A DNA stretch of 64,000 nucleotides from NCBI GenBank assembly GCA_963716365.1, contig OY970307.1:2655492-2719491 (forward strand), in the 5' to 3' direction. The position numbers and the translations under genes are program-made. The number at the start of each line of letters is the position of its first letter. Position 1 is the first letter of the stretch. The notes beneath the pieces were generated by a model. That model did not search any database and was not told the DNA's origin. It worked only from the letters and a program-made list of their open reading frames with translations. Shown piece after piece: positions 62,280 to 64,000 of this stretch. The stretch is from Candidatus Dormiibacterota bacterium. GTDB lineage: Bacteria > Chloroflexota > Dormibacteria > Aeolococcales > Aeolococcaceae.

Positions 62280-62855
62280 ATGAGCGGCCTCGCGCAACCG
62301 CTCGACGACAGTCCGTGCCTGCTCGACGCGGCGGCATTGCGCAGGATCACCCTGCGTCTCGCGCACGAGATCGTCGAACGCCACCCCAACCTGGACACGG
62401 TCGTGCTGGTCGGCATCCCAACGCGCGGTGTGCCGCTTGCGCGCGCTGTCGCGCACGAGCTGGCCGGCCTCGGCCACACCGCACCAACGGTCCTCGTGCT
62501 CGACCACAGCGGGCATCGCGATGACCGTCCGCGACCGACAGTGCCGCAACCGGCACTCTCCGACACCGACGGAGGTCCGGCGCCGCGCATCGACGGTGCG
62601 GTGGTGATCGTCGTCGACGACGTGCTCTACACAGGCCGGACGGTTCGCGCCGCGCTGGACGCGCTTGTCGACTGCGGTCGTCCCGCCGTGGTCGAGGTGC
62701 TGACATTGATCGATCGCGGCCACCGCGAGCTTCCGCTTCGCGCGACCTATGTCGGCAAGAACGTGCCCACCGCTCCCGGAGAGCGTGTCGTCGTGCGCAT
62801 GCGCGAGACCGATGGTGTCGAGGGTGCGTGGCTGCGCCGGAGCACACAGGCGTGA
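62280..62855 (+). CDS. pyrR: bifunctional pyr operon regulator / uracil phosphoribosyltransferase
   Basis: The PRPP-binding motif VVIVVDDVLYTGRTVRAAL, GIPTRGVPLA and the C-terminal GKNVPT are typical PyrR. 191 aa. Confidence 0.9.
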   Translation: MSGLAQPLDDSPCLLDAAALRRITLRLAHEIVERHPNLDTVVLVGIPTRGVPLARAVAHELAGLGHTAPTVLVLDHSGHRDDRPRPTVPQPALSDTDGGPAPRIDGAVVIVVDDVLYTGRTVRAALDALVDCGRPAVVEVLTLIDRGHRELPLRATYVGKNVPTAPGERVVVRMRETDGVEGAWLRRSTQA

Positions 62856-64000
62856 ACGCGATCCTGCGTGGTGTTCGCGTCATCGATCCGCTCGGCCGTC
62901 TCAACTCCGCGGGCCAGGACGTCTGGATCGACGGCGGCAAGATCCTTGCGATCTACCACCACATCGAAGCGGACGGGGTGCCGATCGTCGATCTCACGCC
63001 ACCCGACGGCGTCGAGCCGTGCGTGCTGTGCCCGGGGTTCATCGATCTGCACGCCCACCTGCGTCAGCCGGGCGACGATGAGGCGGAGACCCTGCAGAGC
63101 GGCTCGCGCGCTGCCGCCGCCGGCGGGTACACGCATGTCGTGGCAATGGCGAACACGACACCGCCGATCGATACACCGGAACGGGTTGCGGAAGCACGCG
63201 TCATGGCAGCGAATCTGCCGGTGTCGATTCTCCAGGTCGCCGCGCTGACGCGCGGTCTCGAGGGTTCTGCGCTCGTCGACATCAAGCGCTGCATCGAGGC
63301 CGGTGCCATCGCGATCAGTGACGACGGTCGCAACGCCGTTTCGCCACGTCAGCTTGCGATTGCGCTCGCCGAGGCGGGTCACCAGTACCGGCCTGTGCTC
63401 GTCCATCCGGAGGACGAGGAGATGATCGCCCAGGCCAACGCAACGCAGGGTGCCGTCACGCGCAGCCCGTTGCGACCGCCCGACAGCGAGACTCGCGCGG
63501 TCAACCTTGCGATTCGCGCGCTGACACATGCGCGCGTCGGTCACCTGCATCTCCAGCACCTGTCCTGCGACGCGTCGGTCACGTCGCTCCGGCGCGCCCG
63601 GCACCAGGGCCTCATGGTCAGCGCGGAGGTGACACCGCATCACCTCGCGATGTGGCTGCCCGTTGCCGAGGATCCCGACCCACTCGCCCTGCTCAAGGTC
63701 AACCCGCCGCTGCGCACCGAGCGCGATCGGACCGCACTGGTCCGCGCGCTGCGCGAGGGCGTGATCGAAGCCGTGGCGACCGATCACGCGCCTCACCGTG
63801 CGGCCGAGAAGTCGATCGCGTACGACGACGCCGCGCCCGGCATGGTGGGACTCGAGACCGCGCTTGCCACCTGCATCAGCATCGGTGGCATGGGCGGCGA
63901 GTGGCTCGCGACGCTCATCGAGCGCATGACCGCCGGCCCGCACCGGATTCTCGGGCCCAACTCCGGCGTCCCCGAACCGCGTCTACGCATCGGTGAGGCG
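62852..64000 (+). CDS. pyrC: dihydroorotase (3' end beyond the window)
   Basis: The frame is open from GTG 62852 (GTGA overlap with the pyrR stop) to the window end, so it is absent from the ORF track. Motifs GFIDLHAHLRQPG, EVTPHHL and ATDHAPH. Confidence 0.9.
   Translation, partial: MNAILRGVRVIDPLGRLNSAGQDVWIDGGKILAIYHHIEADGVPIVDLTPPDGVEPCVLCPGFIDLHAHLRQPGDDEAETLQSGSRAAAAGGYTHVVAMANTTPPIDTPERVAEARVMAANLPVSILQVAALTRGLEGSALVDIKRCIEAGAIAISDDGRNAVSPRQLAIALAEAGHQYRPVLVHPEDEEMIAQANATQGAVTRSPLRPPDSETRAVNLAIRALTHARVGHLHLQHLSCDASVTSLRRARHQGLMVSAEVTPHHLAMWLPVAEDPDPLALLKVNPPLRTERDRTALVRALREGVIEAVATDHAPHRAAEKSIAYDDAAPGMVGLETALATCISIGGMGGEWLATLIERMTAGPHRILGPNSGVPEPRLRIGEA

Overview
This is a GC-rich (about 68-70% by eye) bacterial chromosomal window with almost gap-free coding: about 64 protein genes, 2 tRNAs and about 1.6 kb of IS481-family DNA. 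All family names come from motif recognition in the supplied translations; no searches were run.

Gene content is mostly housekeeping:
- 0-9.3 kb: a MoxR AAA+/DUF58 operon with DUF4129- and DUF4350-like partners, RDD and SpoIIM-like membrane proteins, and ispH.
- 9.3-11.1 kb: a 70-aa biotinyl carrier plus an acyl-CoA carboxyltransferase.
- 14.2-15.1 kb: tRNA-Arg(CCT) and tRNA-Pro(CGG).
- 15.9-21 kb: a pdxS-pdxT-GNAT-R3H/AAA ATPase-tmk operon.
- 21.7-26 kb and 36.7-41.3 kb: two beta-oxidation blocks. The first has crotonase, an EtfD-like membrane Fe-S oxidoreductase, SCP2 and 3-hydroxyacyl-CoA dehydrogenase. The second has three acyl-CoA dehydrogenases and a thiolase.
- 27.4-36.2 kb: methylmalonyl pathway genes (epimerase, MCM-type mutase, carboxyltransferase) and sucCD. 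A second locus at 49.4-52 kb carries meaB plus an ICM-type mutase.
- Envelope genes (two LCP, GT87, a beta-propeller) and pfk.
- 52-59.3 kb: a polyphosphate island (OmpR-type regulator, ppx, phoU, ppk1, CYTH-CHAD, SixA-like phosphatase).
- 59.3-64 kb: an alkA-like glycosylase, DUF2905 and pyrB-pyrR-pyrC.

I saw no CRISPR array, prophage, toxin-antitoxin pair or recognisable defence system, and no convincing undescribed multi-gene system.

The best leads are:
1. A 126-nt palindromic, three-way-junction element inserted between sucC and sucD.
2. Nested IS481-family elements bracketed by an ACTAGC duplication, sitting in the CTAG where the pfk and beta-propeller stop codons overlap.
3. Two B12 mutase paralogs with different specificity fingerprints (Tyr/Arg versus Phe/Gln).
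4. A coherent polyphosphate island with a small divergent ORF and a repeated AAAGCG motif.
5. Six chromosomal genes each broken by a single +1 frameshift. This more likely reflects assembly indels than biology and needs read-level checking.

Many long ORFs in the six-frame track are antisense shadows typical of high-GC DNA and were rejected.
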